Notes: generated by a model from the letters alone, not told the origin. A DNA stretch of 64,000 nt from an uncultured Akkermansia sp. (GCA_964430505.1 CAYSGH010000001.1:43677-107676); one strand, 5' to 3'. Positions 43,711 through 52,929 are shown, counted from the stretch's first letter. Program-made: numbers and translations.

Positions 43711-44730
43711 TCAAGGCCCCGCGCCCGACGCCGGCTGCGTGTCGCGCTGGAACAACTGCCGGATGATGTCCTCGACTGGCACCTCCTCGATGTCGATGTC
43801 CTTCACGGGCAGTTCGTCGAGGAGGGCCTTGCACGCGGCGATAACCCGGTCGCGCTTCACCCGCAGCCGCAGCGTTCCGGGCTCGCTGTCCACGAGTTCG
43901 CCGTAGCGGGCGGGGTCGGGAAGCGACGCCGCTGCGCCCGTCGCAAGCTGGACCGTGACCACCTTGAAGTCGGCGAAACGGTCGAGGATGTCCGAGAGCC
44001 GCCCGTCGAAGAACAGGGTGCCGCGGTCGATGATGACCACGCGCTCGCACAGCTCCTGGATGTCCGCCATGTAGTGGCTCGTGAGGAGGATGGTCGTGCG
44101 CCGACGCCGGTTGTGGTCCCGCAGAAAGTCGCGGACGACCCGCTGCGACACGACGTCCAGCCCGATGGTGGGCTCGTCGAGGTACAGGACGCGGGGCTCG
44201 TGCAGGAGCGCGGCAATCAACTCGAACTTCATGCGCTCCCCGAGCGACAGCTCGCGCACGGCCGTGGCCAGCTTGGGGGCGACGCCCAGCAGCGAGGTGA
44301 GCTCGTCCAGCGTCCGCTCGAACCGCTCCTTCGGGATGGCGTAGATCTTGGCGTTGAGCTCCAGCGAGTCACGCGCCGGAAGATCCCACCACAACTGGTT
44401 CTTCTGCCCGAGCAACAAGGCGAACTGGCGCCGGTACTCGTCGCGGCGTTCCCACGGCACGCATCCCAGCACGCGGGCGGACCCGGAGGTCGGGTGAAGC
44501 AGGCCCGACAACATCTTGAGCGTCGTCGTCTTCCCCGCGCCGTTCGGGCCAAGGAAACCCACGAACTCACCCTCGCGCACCGTGAACGAAACATCCTTCA
44601 CCGCGAACACCGTCTCGTGCTTGCGGTGAAACAAGCCCCGGAACGCCCCGGCTAGCCCGGGCTCCTTCTTGTCGGTCTTGAAGGCCTTCGTCAGCCCCGA
44701 GACCTCCATCACGACGGGTGAGTCGTTCAT
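43711..44730 (-). CDS. ABC transporter ATP-binding protein (ABC-2 type), no permease gene adjacent
   Basis: Internal ATG at 44730 of ORF 43711..45075. Walker A GPNGAGKTT, signature LSLGERMK, Walker B LYLDEPTIGLD. Its start overlaps the upstream stop (ATGA at 44727-44730). Confidence 0.85.
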   Translation of the reverse strand: MNDSPVVMEVSGLTKAFKTDKKEPGLAGAFRGLFHRKHETVFAVKDVSFTVREGEFVGFLGPNGAGKTTTLKMLSGLLHPTSGSARVLGCVPWERRDEYRRQFALLLGQKNQLWWDLPARDSLELNAKIYAIPKERFERTLDELTSLLGVAPKLATAVRELSLGERMKFELIAALLHEPRVLYLDEPTIGLDVVSQRVVRDFLRDHNRRRRTTILLTSHYMADIQELCERVVIIDRGTLFFDGRLSDILDRFADFKVVTVQLATGAAASLPDPARYGELVDSEPGTLRLRVKRDRVIAACKALLDELPVKDIDIEEVPVEDIIRQLFQRDTQPASGAGP

Positions 44731-46592
44731 GTGCGACGTTTCCTTCCAAGCCTGGCCAGCGCGTCCTTCACCGACCACCGGGCCGCCTCCAACGCCGCGT
44801 CGGCTTCGTCGTGCGTCGCCCTCGAAAGCTCCATCACGATGCGTGCCGCGCGGTCGCGCAGCTTCGCGTTCGAGGGGTTCAGGTCCACCATGAGGTTCCC
44901 CACCACCTTGCCGCGCCGCACCATGGCCAGCGTCGTCAGGATGTTCAGCACCACCTTCGTCGCCGTGCCGGCCTTCAGCCGCGTGGAACCCGTCAGCACC
45001 TCCGGGCCGGTGTCGATGGCCAGCAAGACGTCGGGCGGGCCGTCCCGCAGGGGCTGGATGCCCGGGTTGAAGCACAGCAAGGCCGTGGAGGCGCCGCGCC
45101 GACGGGCCTCATGCAGCGCTCCCCAAACAAACGGCGTCCGGCCGCTGGCGGCGATGCCCACGACCACGTCGAGTGGACCCACGCCGCGTCCCGCGATGGC
45201 GGCCGCTCCTTGGTCCGGGCTGTCCTCCGCGCCTTCCACCGCCGAATGCAACGCGGGGAACCCGCCGGCGATGATGCCCTGAACCCATTCGGGCGGGCTC
45301 TTGAACGTGGGCGGGCACTCGCTGGCGTCGAGCACGCCCAGCCGTCCGCTCGTCCCCGCGCCCACATAGATCAACCGTCCGCCCGCACCGAAGGCCGCCG
45401 CGACGCGCCGCACCAGCAAGGCCAGCTTGCGCGCATGGGGCCGGATCGCCCCGGCCACGCGCGATTCCTCGTCCAGCATCAAGCCCACCGCACGCTCCAC
45501 GGGCATGCGGTCGAGTTCCATGGAGGCCGGGTTGCGCAGCTCCGTGGGAGAAAGCCCGCGTGAGCCCGGGATGGGGCACGTCTCATCCGCCCCGTCCGCC
45601 CCGTCCGCCCTGTCCGCCCTATCTGGCCTAGCTGGCCTATCCCCACCCGCCCTGCGCCACGCGCGCGCCCCCATGACCACGGCTCCCCACGCAGAATCCC
45701 GCTCCAGCGGAATGACCCGTACCCGGGGCATCGCCTGGCGCACCCGGGCCGCCACGCGGCGCGCAAAACCGGCCTGTCGCAACACCACGGAACCCGCCAA
45801 AACAACATCCGCGCCCTCCTTGCAGGAGCCCAGCTTGCGGATGCAGGCCACGGCATCCTCCGCGAGGATGGCCACGGTGTCTGCAAGCACCGCCCGCGCG
45901 ACGACATCGCCCGCGGACGCGGCCTCAAACACCTCCGGCGCGAGGGCGGCGACGTCGGTCTTCGTGGCGGCCTGCATCCACGCGATGAGGTCGTTGGGCG
46001 CGTTGAGGCCCGTGGCACGCAGCGCGCGTTGGCCCAGGCGACACCAACGGCCCGAGTGATCCAAGTGATGCGCGGCGGCACGGAGCGCGCGGTGGACCAC
46101 GTCGTAGGCGCTGCCGCGGTCGCCCAGCAAATGGCCCCATCCGCCCACCTTGGCCGTCCTGCCCGAGGCCGAACGCCCGTAGCAACAGGAGCCCGTGCCG
46201 CTCAGGAGGATCACGCGATGCCGACGCGATGCCGGAAGATCCAGGTCGGCGGCGCACAGGGCGGACTCGAGATCGTGGTCAGCCTCGGCGGGTACGCCGG
46301 GGAAAACACGGCCGAGGACGTTGAGGACACGTTGGATGTCGGCCGCGTCGCGCACGCCGGCCATGCCGACGCCCACGCCGGAAGGAGACGGGAACGTGGC
46401 GGCGATGGATCGAAAGTGGGACTCCAGCGCGTCGTCGGTGACGAGGCGGAGGTTGCAAGGCCCGGTCTCGAATCGCGCGGGGGATCCGAGCGACCCGTCG
46501 TCCTGGGCGATGGCCCCGATGGCGACGGACCGCGTGCCGCCGCATTCGATGCCCAGGAAGAACGGGCGGGAGGAACCGGGGGTGGGGCTCAT
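44727..46592 (-). CDS. Fusion protein: BadF/BadG/BcrA/BcrD-type (GlcNAc-kinase-like) ATPase plus N-acetylmuramic acid 6-phosphate etherase (MurQ, SIS domain)
   Basis: ATG at 46592 (the ORF-track start 46622 is GTG). N-terminal half: FFLGIECGGTRS, GTGSCCYG, GGWGHLLGDRGSAYD. Linker: DRPARPDRADRADGADGADE. C-terminal half: RLIYVGAGTSGRLGVLDASECPPTF...GIAASGRTPF...TGSTRLKAGTATKVVLN (MurQ-like). Confidence 0.75.
   Translation of the reverse strand: MSPTPGSSRPFFLGIECGGTRSVAIGAIAQDDGSLGSPARFETGPCNLRLVTDDALESHFRSIAATFPSPSGVGVGMAGVRDAADIQRVLNVLGRVFPGVPAEADHDLESALCAADLDLPASRRHRVILLSGTGSCCYGRSASGRTAKVGGWGHLLGDRGSAYDVVHRALRAAAHHLDHSGRWCRLGQRALRATGLNAPNDLIAWMQAATKTDVAALAPEVFEAASAGDVVARAVLADTVAILAEDAVACIRKLGSCKEGADVVLAGSVVLRQAGFARRVAARVRQAMPRVRVIPLERDSAWGAVVMGARAWRRAGGDRPARPDRADRADGADGADETCPIPGSRGLSPTELRNPASMELDRMPVERAVGLMLDEESRVAGAIRPHARKLALLVRRVAAAFGAGGRLIYVGAGTSGRLGVLDASECPPTFKSPPEWVQGIIAGGFPALHSAVEGAEDSPDQGAAAIAGRGVGPLDVVVGIAASGRTPFVWGALHEARRRGASTALLCFNPGIQPLRDGPPDVLLAIDTGPEVLTGSTRLKAGTATKVVLNILTTLAMVRRGKVVGNLMVDLNPSNAKLRDRAARIVMELSRATHDEADAALEAARWSVKDALARLGRKRRT
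45586..45639. repeat. 9-bp tandem repeat x6 (TCCGCCCCG-type) encoding the inter-domain linker of the kinase-MurQ fusion
   Basis: Units read directly: TCCGCCCCG, TCCGCCCCG, TCCGCCCTG, TCCGCCCTA, TCTGGCCTA, GCTGGCCTA. On the coding (minus) strand this translates to RPARPDRADRADGADGAD. Confidence 0.9.
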
Positions 46593-46633
46593 GGCGATGA
46601 CTTGGGCGCAGGGCCAGCGCACGGCCCCTGCCG

Positions 46634-48232
46634 TTACAGCACGACGACGCGTGCGCTGGCGATGGCGGGGTCGGCGGTGATTTCGCCAAGGCAGGCGGCG
46701 TCGGGCTTGCTGTCGAGGACCAGGACGGTGAGCGCCTGGCCACCTTGGGCGTCGCGCCCGAGGGACATGCTGGCGATGTTGACGGCGTGCCGGGCGAGGA
46801 CGGTACCGAGCTTGCCGACGATGCCGGGCCGGTCCTCGTTGCGGACGAGCAACACGGTGCCCGACACGGGGATTTCAACGGGCGTGGAGAACAGGCGAAC
46901 GATGCGGGGGTTGTTGGGCGAGCCAAAGAACGTGCCGCCGGCCGACAGCAGCTTCTCGTTGCCGCGGAACAACTGCACGTGGAGCCACTCGTTGAACGTC
47001 ACGGCCTCGTCGGAGCGCTTCTCCTCGACCGCCAGCCCCAGTGCGGCAGCGGCGGAGCGGACGTTGATGTTGTTGATGTCGGACACGGCCCCGTGGCGAA
47101 GGTACCCGCTGAGGATGGCTCGGGTGATGGGGTCGGTCTGGGGCAGCTCGCGGGCGCGCCCGCCGAAGGTGATGTGGATGCGGTCCGGCGCGCCGGGTTC
47201 AAGCTGGGCGAGGAGCGAGCCCAGCTTCTCGCCGAGCTGGAGGTAGGGCTTCACCAGCTCATAGGTCTTGGCGTCCACGCCCGGGAGGTTGACGGCGTTG
47301 CACACCTCGCCGGTGAGGAGGAAGGCGGTGAGGATCTCAGCCACCTCCAGCCCGCACTTCTCCTGAGCCTCCTCGGTCGAAGCCCCTAGATGCGGCGTCA
47401 GGATGACGTTGGGGAGGGTGCGGAAGGGATGGTCCGCCGCGAGGGGCTCGACCATGAACACGTCAAGGGCGGCCCCCGCGACGCGCCCGGACGACAGCGC
47501 CGCCACGAGGTCGGCCTCGTTCACGATCTCGCCGCGGGCGCAGTTGACGATCCGGACGCCGGGCTTCATGCGGGAGAACGCCTCCGCGTTGAGCATCCCG
47601 CGCGTCTCCGGCGTCACCGGCATGTGCACCGTGATGAAGTCCGCCTCCCGGTACACGCCGTCGGGGTCCGACGCGGACTCGAGGCCCAAGGCACGGGCGC
47701 GGGCGTCCGTGAGGAAAGGGTCGTAGGCGACGACGCGCATCCCGAAGGCCAGGGCACGCTTGGCGACCTCGGTGCCGATGCGCCCGGCGCCGAGGACACC
47801 GAGGGTCTTTCCTTGCAGCTCGGTGCCTTGGAACAGCTTTCGGTCCCACTTGCCAGCGACCATGGAGGCATGGGCGGCGGGGATCCTGCGGGCGAGGGAG
47901 CCCAGCATGAAGAAGGCGAGCTCGGCGGTGGTGACCGTGTTGCCGCCGGGGGTGTTCATGACGACGACACCGCGCTGGGTGGCGGCCGCCACGTCCACGT
48001 TGTCCACGCCCACGCCCGCCCGGCCCACGACGCGCAACCTCGGCGCGGCCTCCATGACCTTGCGGGTCACCTTGGTCTCGGAACGGACCACCATGGCCTC
48101 GACGTCGCCGAGGAGCGGGATCAGCTCCGCCTCGGGCAGGCGTTTTGAAAGGACGGTCACCCGGAACTCGGGGCGCTCCTTGAAGTATTCGATGCCGCGG
48201 GGGGAAATGGGGTCGCAGACCAAGACGTGCAT
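46634..48232 (-). CDS. serA: D-3-phosphoglycerate dehydrogenase (long form with ACT domain)
   Basis: 532 aa. NAD motif GVLGAGRIGTEVA, RAGVGVDNVD, CARGEIV, and a C-terminal ACT-like region. Confidence 0.9.
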   Translation of the reverse strand: MHVLVCDPISPRGIEYFKERPEFRVTVLSKRLPEAELIPLLGDVEAMVVRSETKVTRKVMEAAPRLRVVGRAGVGVDNVDVAAATQRGVVVMNTPGGNTVTTAELAFFMLGSLARRIPAAHASMVAGKWDRKLFQGTELQGKTLGVLGAGRIGTEVAKRALAFGMRVVAYDPFLTDARARALGLESASDPDGVYREADFITVHMPVTPETRGMLNAEAFSRMKPGVRIVNCARGEIVNEADLVAALSSGRVAGAALDVFMVEPLAADHPFRTLPNVILTPHLGASTEEAQEKCGLEVAEILTAFLLTGEVCNAVNLPGVDAKTYELVKPYLQLGEKLGSLLAQLEPGAPDRIHITFGGRARELPQTDPITRAILSGYLRHGAVSDINNINVRSAAAALGLAVEEKRSDEAVTFNEWLHVQLFRGNEKLLSAGGTFFGSPNNPRIVRLFSTPVEIPVSGTVLLVRNEDRPGIVGKLGTVLARHAVNIASMSLGRDAQGGQALTVLVLDSKPDAACLGEITADPAIASARVVVL

Positions 48233-48343
48233 AAAGCGCCGGAGGCTATGGATGGCCGGGCCAGATGGTCAACCGCGCTGCCGTCGGCGCGGGCGCGGAT
48301 CGGTGTTGGCGAGAAGGGGGTGCCCTGCGCGTGTCGAGGCGCA

Positions 48344-49111
48344 TCAAGGTTCGTTTCCGGGTGCCGTGCCCTTGGTAGCCCCGGACGCCTTGACCTCGGC
48401 GTCGAGGGATGCGTCTGGGACGGGCGCGACGGCCGGCGCGGGCTTGCGGATGCCCTCCTGCAAGAGCTGGGCTCCCTTTCGGTCGGTGCCCACCACGCCG
48501 TTGCGGATGACCTCCATGCGGCGTGCGACGTAGGCGGCCTCACGCAAGGCGCGCAATTGGTCGCGCACGGCGGCGATGTCGTTGAAGCGTTGCTCCAGGG
48601 CGGCCTTTTCCGCGAGGAGGCGGCGTAGTTCCCTGCGAAGCCCCTCGCGGTCACCTTCGGAGGAGGCCAGTCGTCGCTCGGTCTCGGTGATTTGGGACTG
48701 CAACGTGCCAATGCGGCTGGTGAGGTCCTGCATCCGCCGGGCAAGGTCGTCTTTCTCGCCTTCAAGCCCCTCGATTTGCTTCTCGCGGGCGACGATCTCC
48801 TGGCGGGCCTTTTCCATGGCAGCCTTGGCCTCGCCCTCGGTCCGGGACAATTCCGTGGCGACGAAGGCGAGCTTGTTGGAAACGAGGCCCAGCTCGGAGA
48901 CGCGCCGGGCGAGGTTGGTCTCCAGCGAGGCGTTCACCTTGAGCTGCTCCTGGAGCTTCATCTCGGCGCGGACCAGCTCCGCCGACAACTGGTCGGCCTT
49001 GGCCAGGTGCGCCTGCTTCGCCTCGGCGGCTTGCTTCCGGGTTTGGTACAGCCACGCACCGAGGCCCAAGCAGGCCGCCACCAATACAACCTGAACCACT
49101 CGCCCGTTCAT
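48344..49111 (-). CDS. Membrane-anchored coiled-coil protein, hypothetical
   Basis: N-terminal TM helix (VVQVVLVAACLGLGAWLY) followed by about 180 aa rich in E/K/R/L/Q, with a heptad-like character. Confidence 0.5.
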   Translation of the reverse strand: MNGRVVQVVLVAACLGLGAWLYQTRKQAAEAKQAHLAKADQLSAELVRAEMKLQEQLKVNASLETNLARRVSELGLVSNKLAFVATELSRTEGEAKAAMEKARQEIVAREKQIEGLEGEKDDLARRMQDLTSRIGTLQSQITETERRLASSEGDREGLRRELRRLLAEKAALEQRFNDIAAVRDQLRALREAAYVARRMEVIRNGVVGTDRKGAQLLQEGIRKPAPAVAPVPDASLDAEVKASGATKGTAPGNEP

Positions 49112-49192
49112 GACTTCACGATTGGCGGTCTGCTTCCGTTTGCAACCTTGTTGTCAGGCCCGCCGAACCACCATCAGCACGACATGGGACCG

Positions 49193-49963
49193 CTAGTCCC
49201 GCCCAATGTCCTGGGACATCTCGAGGCGCCGGACGAACTGGTTGCCGGGGATCCATTCGGCATGGCCGTCGAGGAAGACCGCGTTGTACCCGGCAGCCCC
49301 GTGGTTGTCCCAACGGTCCGGAAAATCGTTCAGCCCGGGCGGGTCCAAGACCTCCCCGCGCGGGCCGCGCGTGGGGCCGTCGTCGGCATCGACGAAAATC
49401 CAGATGTCGGCGGGGCCCATGACTTGGCCGCGTTGCAGGCCGAACTTCGGCACGGAGTAGAGGCGTTGGTAGTTCTGGACGCTGGTGATGGTCTTGGGGA
49501 TGGCCCCGGCCGTCTCCGGCCCGATCACGCGCATGTGGCCGTAGATCTCGTAGGAATAGCCATTGGTCCACTTGCTGGGGGCCACGTCCATGAGGTCCAC
49601 GAGCTTCACCGCGCCCGTCGTCGGGCTGCGCGTCGCATTGGTGCGGACGTTGTTCTTGGTGGCGGGGCAAATGAACGTGCGAAGCGACGGGATGTACTTC
49701 GGGAAGAGGAAGTTGATGTCGTCGTCCAGATAGCTGCGCAGGTTGGTGTAGCGTCCCTCGCGGTCGTCGTCGGCGTACAGGATGCAGCCGTAGCCCATCT
49801 GCTTGACGTTGTTGAGGCATGAGACGCGCAGGCCGCGTTCGCGGGCCTTGGCTAGGGCGGGGAGGAGCATGCCCGCGAGGATGGCGATGATGGCGACCAC
49901 CACGAGCAACTCGATGAGGGTGAAGCCCGGCGGGGACTGGCGGTGGCGAGGGGGCGTCGTCAT
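49193..49963 (-). CDS. Prepilin-type N-terminal cleavage/methylation domain protein (H-X9-DG / DUF1559-like pseudopilin)
   Basis: [25 protein letters not shown] prepilin motif; C-terminal FLDGHAEWI. Confidence 0.85.
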   Translation of the reverse strand: MTTPPRHRQSPPGFTLIELLVVVAIIAILAGMLLPALAKARERGLRVSCLNNVKQMGYGCILYADDDREGRYTNLRSYLDDDINFLFPKYIPSLRTFICPATKNNVRTNATRSPTTGAVKLVDLMDVAPSKWTNGYSYEIYGHMRVIGPETAGAIPKTITSVQNYQRLYSVPKFGLQRGQVMGPADIWIFVDADDGPTRGPRGEVLDPPGLNDFPDRWDNHGAAGYNAVFLDGHAEWIPGNQFVRRLEMSQDIGRD

Positions 49964-49968
49964 GGCGC

Positions 49969-50002
49969 AAAAAAGAGGCCCGAGGTCGGTTGCCTCGGGC
50001 CT
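49969..50002 (-). terminator. Rho-independent terminator between the large secreted protein gene and the pseudopilin gene
   Basis: Minus-strand RNA: AGGCCCGAGG-CAACCGA-CCUCGGGCCU (perfect 10-bp stem, 7-nt loop) followed by CUUUUUUG. The pseudopilin ATG follows 5 nt after the U-tract. Confidence 0.7.
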
Positions 50003-50061
50003 GACGTTGCCCGGGCTGCCCAGTTCAGCAACCCGGTTCTCGTCCTGTCATTCAGGGGATG

Positions 50062-52929
50062 CTACTGGCCGATGACCCGGAAGTAGCCCTCCCCGCCCGT
50101 CGCCGGAACGGTGGTGGTTGAACCGGTGAAGGTTGCGCCCTCGTTGACCCATGCGCCGCCGAGGGTGGAGCGCTTCTGGAGCTGGAACGGTGGCGTGCCG
50201 CCGGTGACGGAGATCTGGATGCCACCCGCATTCAGCGTGGCCGTGACGCCCGTGATGGGAGCGCCGCCACCACCCGGAACCGTGAAGGCCATGCCCGCAG
50301 GGCCGGTGATCGAACGCCCCGGCAACGCGACCGTCGCCGTCACGCCCGCCCCGAAGTCGAGGAAGTCCTTCGCGTAGGTGACCAAGGCCACGAGCTTGGA
50401 TCCGCCCGGGACGGAGCCGGTGGGAACCTTGAAGCGGAACTTGTTCGCCTCCGGCTCCAGATCCTCGCCCTCTTGACCCTCGCGCCCGGAAGTCACCCAC
50501 GTGCCCGGAACCGGCGCCGTGGGATCCACGGAGGCAGGATCCGCGAGGTAGATGTCCACGACATGGAAGGTGTAGGGATCACCCTTGGGGGCCGGGACGG
50601 TGCCGCTGACCTCGTCGTTGGCGAAGCCGGTGACGAAGGACTGGACCGCCGTGGGGTCCACGACGGCGTCTGCAAAGTACGCGTCCCACGCAGGCGAGGC
50701 CTCGGGGAACGGGAACCCGTCGAAGCCGGAGCCTTGGATGGAGTTGCCGCGGGCGGCCACGAGGGACGTGGCGGAGCCGGCGAGGAACTTCGTGCCGCCG
50801 ATGGAACGGATGACGTTGCCCTCGACGTCGTCGCTCTTGCGGTCGCCATTGGAGCCGATGACGACGCTGGCGGTGCCGGGAACGGAGATGAGGTTGGGCG
50901 TGGGCTTGAGGTCGGAGGGCGTCGCGAGGGACGAGCCATCGACGCCGACGCCGAAGTAGTTGCCGGCGATCTTCACCGAGCTGGCGTTGCTGTAGAACTC
51001 GATGAGGTGGTTGTAGAACACCTGCCCGAACACGTTGCGCTCGTTGGCGTCGTTCACGCCGTTGCCATCGGTGCCGATGACGGAGCCCTCGGTGTTGCGT
51101 CCGTTCTCGTAGTTCTCGACGGAGGAGTCGCCGCTGCTGCGGCCCGAGTCGAGCTGGGCTTGGTAAATGGCGTCGGGCGCAACGAACGTCTTCCCGTCCG
51201 CCAGGGTGTTGAAGTAGTTGCCGCTGGTGCGTGCGAAGGGCAGCTCGAGGGCGAGGGCGATGTGCATCCCGGTGGCGATGTTGAACTCGGCCCGGTCGTT
51301 CACGCCGTCCGAGTCCGTGCCAAACGTGAGCTGGGCCGAGAACGTGTCCACGTTCACGCCGCCCACGTTGACACGATGCCGGAACGCGGCGACGGCGGCT
51401 GCGGAGCCCGAGACGGTCTTGCCGTCGGGGTCGAGGCCGAACCAGTTGCCCTGAACCTTGCAACGCTCGGCCTGCTTCACGAGGGCGATGCAATAAATGG
51501 AGGGATCCTCGTCGCTGCCCGGCGTGTGGCGGCTGCGGAAGCTGAGGCCGCGGACAGTGACGTCATCGGCCTCGTAGATGCCGAGGATGGCGTTCTCGGA
51601 GTCGCCGTAGCCGGGGAAGGGCAGGCGGGTGGAACGACGCGACGGGAGGGTGCCCGGGCCGGAGTCGTCGGCGCTCGAGTCAAGGACGATCTTCAACTGG
51701 GCGTTGTTGCCCTCGAGGATGCCGCGCGTGTTCGGCGTGGCTCCGGGCTGCGTGTACCCGTCGATGGCCACCCCAGCCTTGTTGATGAGCGGGTAGCCAC
51801 CGAGGGGCGTCTGGATGATGTGGGGACCCGCCCCGGGGATGTTGAAGGTGATGAGGTCGTTTTCCTGGAGACCTTGAAGTGCCTCCAAGAGCGATGTCTT
51901 GCCATCGCCCGCCGTGCTGCCGTTGTCCGCCGTGTCCACCACGACCTTGCGGACGCGCTCGACGCGGACGTTGTCAAACAGGACCCAATTCTCGTCCAGC
52001 AACGTGGAGATGGAGTTGAAGATGTCCGCGTACCCGATCATGACGGTGCCGGACTTCCACGGGGTGGAGTTGGTGTAACGCGAGAAGACCTGCCCGTTGA
52101 GCTTCATGGTGACGAGGTTGTCGATTTGGGAGACCTCCACCGGGATCCAGCGCTTGGCGATGATGCCGGGGGCCTCGAAGGGAGGGGACGTGAACGTGCC
52201 CTGGAAGTTGCCCTGCTCGTCGCCGTGGTCCGGGAACGTGTCGCCATCGAGGTCGAGGATGCCGCCGGCGTCGCCGAACAGCACCGTGGGTCGGCCCCCC
52301 GCATTGCCCGCAAGGGCCCAGAGATCCTTCGCGCCGCCGCCGTCGCAGGTGACCGTGAAAAACAAGCCATCGCTGGTGTCCGCGCCCGCGATGGGCGCGG
52401 CGAAGGCAGAGCTCAGGCCGTTGCCGGCAAACACGGCCCAGTTCGGACCCGCACCCGTGTGGTTGATGCCGAACCAGGCGTTCTCGGTCGTGCCGCCGCC
52501 AATGTCACCCCACGAGCCGTGGTTCATGAACATGTCGAACTTGAGCACGTAGTTGCCGCTGAAGTTCTGGTTCTTTGGGTAGAGGTTGACCACGACGCGC
52601 GCGCCGATGTCGTCCTTGTTGACGGTGAGCTTGACGCCCCGGGTCGTGCCGTTGGAGTTGGGCGCGGGCGGCACCATGAGGCTCTGGCCGGTGGTGTCGA
52701 GGGGGTCGGCAAACAGGTTGTACGTCTGCTGGCTGTAGTCGAACGACCAGTCCACGTTGTAGTCGGTGTCGCCGTCATTGAACACCCCCACGCGCATGTT
52801 CCATGCGGCGGAGGTGTCGGAATCGAAGTTGTCCGAGAAGAGCGTCTCGGCTTGCACGGAGGCCATCATGGAACCCGCCGCAAGGGCGAGGATGACTCCG
52901 CGATAACCCGGAAAATGATGTCGCGTCAT
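50062..52929 (-). CDS. Large secreted protein (955 aa), N-terminal lectin/jelly-roll-like region plus beta-helix-like repeats, hypothetical
   Basis: Signal peptide (VILALAAGSMMASVQA). Gly/Asn/Asp-rich repeats (NYFGVGVDGS, GNWFGLDPDG, GTDSDGVND). C-terminus ...GEGYFRVIGQ. Domain assignment is inference only. Confidence 0.55.
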   Translation of the reverse strand: MTRHHFPGYRGVILALAAGSMMASVQAETLFSDNFDSDTSAAWNMRVGVFNDGDTDYNVDWSFDYSQQTYNLFADPLDTTGQSLMVPPAPNSNGTTRGVKLTVNKDDIGARVVVNLYPKNQNFSGNYVLKFDMFMNHGSWGDIGGGTTENAWFGINHTGAGPNWAVFAGNGLSSAFAAPIAGADTSDGLFFTVTCDGGGAKDLWALAGNAGGRPTVLFGDAGGILDLDGDTFPDHGDEQGNFQGTFTSPPFEAPGIIAKRWIPVEVSQIDNLVTMKLNGQVFSRYTNSTPWKSGTVMIGYADIFNSISTLLDENWVLFDNVRVERVRKVVVDTADNGSTAGDGKTSLLEALQGLQENDLITFNIPGAGPHIIQTPLGGYPLINKAGVAIDGYTQPGATPNTRGILEGNNAQLKIVLDSSADDSGPGTLPSRRSTRLPFPGYGDSENAILGIYEADDVTVRGLSFRSRHTPGSDEDPSIYCIALVKQAERCKVQGNWFGLDPDGKTVSGSAAAVAAFRHRVNVGGVNVDTFSAQLTFGTDSDGVNDRAEFNIATGMHIALALELPFARTSGNYFNTLADGKTFVAPDAIYQAQLDSGRSSGDSSVENYENGRNTEGSVIGTDGNGVNDANERNVFGQVFYNHLIEFYSNASSVKIAGNYFGVGVDGSSLATPSDLKPTPNLISVPGTASVVIGSNGDRKSDDVEGNVIRSIGGTKFLAGSATSLVAARGNSIQGSGFDGFPFPEASPAWDAYFADAVVDPTAVQSFVTGFANDEVSGTVPAPKGDPYTFHVVDIYLADPASVDPTAPVPGTWVTSGREGQEGEDLEPEANKFRFKVPTGSVPGGSKLVALVTYAKDFLDFGAGVTATVALPGRSITGPAGMAFTVPGGGGAPITGVTATLNAGGIQISVTGGTPPFQLQKRSTLGGAWVNEGATFTGSTTTVPATGGEGYFRVIGQ

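Noticed and set aside
43686-43722. Nested hairpin GCGGGGCC-CGCAC-AAGACG-GTGCG-ATCAA-GGCCCCGC between convergent htpG and the ABC ATPase gene
   Set aside because: It could serve as a bidirectional terminator, but it has no U-tract on either side and its 3' arm lies inside the ABC gene's last codons. It is left uncalled pending 3'-end mapping.
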